Positions 59,762-64,000 of a DNA stretch of 64,000 nucleotides are shown in pieces; positions within the stretch are counted from its first letter, which is position 1, and the number at the start of each line of letters is the position of its first letter. Made by a program: the position numbers and the translations under genes. The notes under the pieces were generated by a model, which had not been told where the DNA came from, searched no databases, and saw only the letters and a list, made by a program, of their open reading frames with translations. The stretch is from the IMG/VR virus record IMGVR_UViG_3300008262_000018, positions 57,097 to 121,096 of that record. One strand, written 5' to 3'. The DNA comes from a virus.

Positions 59762-60697
59762 TTATTTAATCTTATTGAAAAACTCTAAAAGTTTACCTTC
59801 TTCTTGTGTAGCAAGGACAAACATATCAGATTTTTTCTTTAACTGTGTAACAAAACGCTCATGATTGTAATCACAACCAACAGAATTCAAAAACTTAACA
59901 TACTCTGAACAAGCATATTTGTTTTCAAATCTATTCATTCTTGGCAACACTTTAAATACATCTGTCATATAGTTTAAGATTTTGAGAGCTTTGCTTTCGT
60001 TATTGATTACAAACTCACCTTTCTTAATTTTCTTAGTAATAGAACTACCACTAGTTGTAACAGATTGATTTGAAAGAATTTGTGCTAAAGTACCAATCTC
60101 AAAATCATATCTTTCAAAATATTGATTAAGTTTTACATAATCTTCTTTTAAAGAAGACCATGCTGTAACATAATCTTGCATAGACCATGACTTTGAGCTA
60201 GCATTTAAAAGAGCAATAGCTTCTACAAGTTCTTGTTTATTCTTAATATCAATAACAACATATGGTATTTCTTCACCTAAACGCATTAAAGCATTAAACT
60301 TATGTTGCCCATCAAGAATGTAATACTGCTTTTTACCATTGATAAAATCAATTTGTGTTACAATAATTGGTTGTAAACAGCCTAATTTATCAATAGATGT
60401 AGCCACTTTTGTTACATGTCCTGGAGCTATAGGACGATTAATACCTGCTAAAAGGGAAAATGCAACTTTTGATAGTTCGTTTAACCATTTAATATTTTTT
60501 AATGGTTGTTTACGAGCATCTCTTACTCTTTTTTTAACACTGCTGGTTTTTTCATTTATGACATCAGCTACATGTTGAGCAAATTTTTTAATTTGTCTTT
60601 TATGAGTGACAGTTAATTCAATATCAGGAGTGAGTGTGTGAATAGAGGCTTTTCTTTTTGTTGTTACTTTTGCTTTTGCAATTGATTTTCTTTTCAT
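59762..60697 (-). CDS. ParB/Srx-like domain protein
   Basis: INRPI, QPIIV, ILDGQHKFNAL, LNASSKSW. Confidence 0.8.
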   Translation of the reverse strand: MKRKSIAKAKVTTKRKASIHTLTPDIELTVTHKRQIKKFAQHVADVINEKTSSVKKRVRDARKQPLKNIKWLNELSKVAFSLLAGINRPIAPGHVTKVATSIDKLGCLQPIIVTQIDFINGKKQYYILDGQHKFNALMRLGEEIPYVVIDIKNKQELVEAIALLNASSKSWSMQDYVTAWSSLKEDYVKLNQYFERYDFEIGTLAQILSNQSVTTSGSSITKKIKKGEFVINNESKALKILNYMTDVFKVLPRMNRFENKYACSEYVKFLNSVGCDYNHERFVTQLKKKSDMFVLATQEEGKLLEFFNKIK

Positions 60698-60824
60698 TTT
60701 TAATGAATTTAATGATTGTTAACGAATAGATCCACATCCACACTTCTGTGGTCTTGAAGCAGCTCGCTGTGGACTCATTGGTCTACAGCAAGCTGCTAAT
60801 AAAAACATAATAATGATTGCTAAT

Positions 60825-61283
60825 TTAACTTTCATCGTCATCTTTTTTAAATTTACCCAACATCTTCATCATCTTCATCATTCTAGCCATATCACCCATT
60901 TGTGAAGCTGATTCAGCCATTTCAAGAGCATCTTGAACTGTTTTTACAGCAATAAGAAGAAGAAGATTGGGATGTTCAATAGTAGCATCTATAACACCTT
61001 CAACTACTTTACTAACTGTAGAATTGGGTTCGTTAATAAGTTTTAGCTTATCAACCATTACAGCTCCTAATTCATCCACTTCATTTTTAGTCAATCCAAC
61101 AGCTTCCCATACACTTTGTGCTTCATGATTAAATTCATGTTTTACTGCACTACTACCTTTACTATAATCTCCATGATTTTTACCATCTGGAAGATTAGAC
61201 ATAGCCCAAATAAGAGCATCTTTACTAACTTTTACTGAAGAATCAAAAAGAGCTTCAGCAATTTCTGTTTTAAAGTTTTGCAT
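60825..61283 (-). CDS. Hypothetical protein
   Basis: 152-aa ORF. Confidence 0.65.
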   Translation of the reverse strand: MQNFKTEIAEALFDSSVKVSKDALIWAMSNLPDGKNHGDYSKGSSAVKHEFNHEAQSVWEAVGLTKNEVDELGAVMVDKLKLINEPNSTVSKVVEGVIDATIEHPNLLLLIAVKTVQDALEMAESASQMGDMARMMKMMKMLGKFKKDDDES

Positions 61284-61538
61284 TTTAATTGTTTTTAGTT
61301 TAAGTAAATTGGTTTTCTATTATGTAATACTGATACATTAAGTTCTTTACACCATTTATAAAAGTCTTCAGTGTTAAAAGGCCTTTCTTTAAATGGCTTA
61401 ATTGGTAAAAGCTTTTCTCCTTTTGTTCTTTGTCCAAAGATTAATATTTTAATTTTCTTTTTCATTTTAATGATTTAGAATTAAAAATAAACCCCTACGT
61501 CTTATTAAGATTTCGGGGTTTGTTTTTCTCACCAATTA

Positions 61539-61760
61539 CTAATGTTTAGCATAAAAATTGCCATCAAAACATTCGTTAAATAATACACCAAGCATAACAA
61601 AAATAGTTGTACCTACAAATAATACATGCATTGGATGTTGAGCAACTTCTGTAAAGCTACCACCAAATATCCATGTAATTGCTGGTATTACACTATAAAA
61701 GCATATAGCTAATACAATGTAAAAGAATGCCAATAACAAAAATCTACCTAACTTTTTCAT
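61539..61760 (-). CDS. Small membrane protein
   Basis: Two TM helices. Confidence 0.6.
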   Translation of the reverse strand: MKKLGRFLLLAFFYIVLAICFYSVIPAITWIFGGSFTEVAQHPMHVLFVGTTIFVMLGVLFNECFDGNFYAKH

Positions 61761-61769
61761 AATAATGAT

Positions 61770-62093
61770 TTAATAATTTGAGAATAATGATACCAAATTT
61801 TGTTTTTTCTTTTGTTCTTCCTTGATTTTAAAATCTGAGGATTTGATCATAATAAGCAACATCCAATGTTTAACTTTTTTAAAGTCACTACTAGATCTTA
61901 CATACAATGATTTAAATCTACCACGTTTATCCTTCACTTGATAAACGTGATCGTGTTCATCTGGTTCTTGTGTTTGAAGATACCATTTGAACTCTTTACT
62001 AATAGGATAAGTGAGTCTATAATCTATAAGCTCACCTTCTCTTGTTAAATAGGTTTGAATACACTTGTTTTGAAGTTTGATGTTGTTACGCAT
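61770..62093 (-). CDS. Hypothetical protein
   Basis: Likely start MRNNIK. Confidence 0.6.
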   Translation of the reverse strand: MRNNIKLQNKCIQTYLTREGELIDYRLTYPISKEFKWYLQTQEPDEHDHVYQVKDKRGRFKSLYVRSSSDFKKVKHWMLLIMIKSSDFKIKEEQKKKQNLVSLFSNY

Positions 62094-62192
62094 TTTAATT
62101 TTTTTAATGGTAAGAGAAAAACTAAAACCCAGCAAGAAGATACAACTCCTTCCCATACATAGCTGTTTAGTGGTAAATCTTCGAGCTTAAGG

Positions 62193-62477
62193 TTATTCAT
62201 TATCTTTTATAAGTACTTGTGCTAATTTACCAGCACTATCCAAGTGAATGCTATCTACAAATCTTCCAAATGATTCAATAATAAGCTTATCATCCTCAAT
62301 AATGAGTTGATATTCATATTCAGGAGTGGCACGTAAATACACTTTAGAACCATTACTTCTACCTATTTTAAAGTAGTTTCCTGGTTTACTAACAACATCA
62401 TACAAAAAAACAGAACTAATAAGCAAAACAATTAAGCCAATAGTAATAATGTAGGCTTGTAAATAAATCTTTTTCAT
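62193..62477 (-). CDS. Membrane-anchored hypothetical protein
   Basis: N-terminal TM helix. Confidence 0.6.
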   Translation of the reverse strand: MKKIYLQAYIITIGLIVLLISSVFLYDVVSKPGNYFKIGRSNGSKVYLRATPEYEYQLIIEDDKLIIESFGRFVDSIHLDSAGKLAQVLIKDNE

Positions 62478-62659
62478 TTTTAAATGATTTTAAATTAACG
62501 ATTTCTAATGTATTAGGTTGTAGTAGTACATGTCCTCTCGCTAAAGAGTATCGAGATACCATTGCATAGCTCTAAGTCTGTATCCTTGGTTGCAACACAG
62601 GACGTTATACCTGTTTCTAGATACCTACTATACTACTACAACCCAATTACATAAGATTT

Positions 62660-63151
62660 TTAGTCTTGTTTTACTAATGCATTAAATGCTTCAACAGAAA
62701 TGGTTTTTTCCCAATCTATTCCACCATGTTTTTCAAACACTTCTTCCATAACAGAAACAGGTATTCTACCCACTGTGTCTGTAATATTGAAAGTATCTTC
62801 TTCAAATGGAATATATTCCACATTTAATTCTCCATCAAAGTGTGGTTTGGTATGACCATACATTTCTGAATACTTATGCATAAGTGGCTCATTTTCTGAT
62901 GGAAAACCAAATTCCACATCTTGCATGGTATGTCCAAACTCGCGATAACCATTCTCTGATGAGCAATAGTTACCACTGTGTATCTGAAGAGATACATTAA
63001 AACCATCTTTAGCCCATACTCTTGGACAATGAAAGAGTTGGTTGTCATAAGACATTCCTTTTTTAAATGGATTGTCTCTGTTTTTGTCATAAGTGACCTG
63101 TGATTGAAACAAGGTTGACAAAATTAGTCTGAAGTAAAGTGTCAGATTCAT
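62660..63151 (-). CDS. Conserved phage hypothetical protein
   Basis: DGFNVSLQ..YCS..VEFGFPS..KHGGI. Confidence 0.7.
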   Translation of the reverse strand: MNLTLYFRLILSTLFQSQVTYDKNRDNPFKKGMSYDNQLFHCPRVWAKDGFNVSLQIHSGNYCSSENGYREFGHTMQDVEFGFPSENEPLMHKYSEMYGHTKPHFDGELNVEYIPFEEDTFNITDTVGRIPVSVMEEVFEKHGGIDWEKTISVEAFNALVKQD

Positions 63152-63181
63152 GATATTTAAATTTTAATTGGTGACAAAATT

Positions 63182-63342
63182 GTTCCCTCTGCACTCAGAT
63201 GTAATACTCCCGTATACCCGCAGTTTACACCAAACCGTAGATTTTAACCTATGTTGGACTGTACGGTGTTATTTTCACATAGTCGGCTAACTATGATATT
63301 ACATCTGCTATCCCTTGGAAAGATAGTGTGCAAGAGAGAATT
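63182..63342 (-). ncRNA. Structured RNA, degenerate twister-like fold with large inserted stem
   Basis: UGCAC/GUGCA-GAGGGAA, CUAUC-UUUCCAAGG-GAUAG hairpin, CAGAUGUAAUA/UAUUACAUCUG stem. Confidence 0.5.
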
Positions 63343-63350
63343 ATATGAAA

Positions 63351-63372
63351 AGAGCCTTGTTACAGGCTCTTA
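63351..63372 (-). terminator. Intrinsic terminator
   Basis: aagagcct-tgttac-aggctctt. Confidence 0.6.
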
Positions 63373-63612
63373 ATCAAATATACTCTTTGGTTCATCGTAA
63401 GTGTCCTGAAATATATCAAACTCACAATCAGGACAAATCATCCTATTTTCCTGAGTACCATCAGAATACACTCTTCTCACACTTACTCTTGGATCACCAA
63501 AGCTATCATTCACTTCATTACCACAATCATCACATACACATTTGTGCTTTTGAGGTGCATCAGGAAGTGTAATTTTTCCTACAACCTTTGGCTGATAATA
63601 AGGATGTGCCAT
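63370..63612 (-). CDS. Small Zn-finger protein
   Basis: CDDC..CPDC; start MAHPYY. Confidence 0.6.
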   Translation of the reverse strand: MAHPYYQPKVVGKITLPDAPQKHKCVCDDCGNEVNDSFGDPRVSVRRVYSDGTQENRMICPDCEFDIFQDTYDEPKSIFD

Positions 63613-64000
63613 AATATATATAGTTTTAATTGGTGACAAAAGAAAAATGCATAACATTATTGGTTAGTTATGCTAGTTGCGACAAGGATTACTGCCTTGC
63701 ACTGTAGAAATTGTACATCTAAGATTGCGCTATTGGTTATAATTATAGCTATCTAATGCCGCGCAAAATTGGCATTCTTAAGCTATTTTGTGTTAATAAA
63801 AGAAAAAAGAGTGGTTGTCTCGCACACAATCATACACACACAACCACTCTTGGAAAACGTTTTATTTGATAGGGATAACGCTTAAAACCCCAGATGAGCA
63901 CAAGAACTAAGCTTCTTGTGCAGCTTGCATCACTTCTCTTACCTCAGCATTGCTATTGCAACGTACAAGCACGCCATCGATTAGGACAAATTGTATTGTC

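Noticed and set aside
1-64000. Stop-codon reassignment (TAG/TGA), known in some Crassvirales
   Set aside because: Very long ORFs are intact under code 11, TAG/TGA end genes at tight junctions, and no suppressor tRNA was seen.
63907-64000. 3' end of an ORF (..NSNAEVREVMQAAQEA*) resembling the C-terminal part of 51264-51758
   Set aside because: Truncated by the window, and the similarity is too short to support paralogy.

Overview
AT-rich genome segment of a crAss-like (Crassvirales) phage, probably infecting Bacteroidota, read in standard genetic code 11. 1-21117 (+): three giant virion-cargo genes, including a 4275-aa virion RNA polymerase with the DFDID catalytic motif. 21147-33757 (-): replication/repair block (SplB-like radical SAM, dNMP kinase, PolB, PD-(D/E)xK exonuclease, HNH, primase, AAA ATPase, DnaB, DnaA-domain-IV protein). 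33917-41912 (+): lysis and fibre/decoration genes. 42018-64000 (mostly -): early/accessory genes, including two MoxR-AAA/vWA pairs, UDG, an SF2 helicase, a tmRNA and an aberrant tRNA-like RNA. The main find is at 58518-59757: a solo Cas7/RAMP-like gene directly downstream of a three-unit non-coding array with 5-nt periodicity ((NNNGT)n on the coding strand). The units are separated by two twister-ribozyme-like linkers. This is a candidate self-processing, gapped-code RNA-guided system. Several gene junctions look like short deletions. All family assignments come from motif recognition; no database searches were run.
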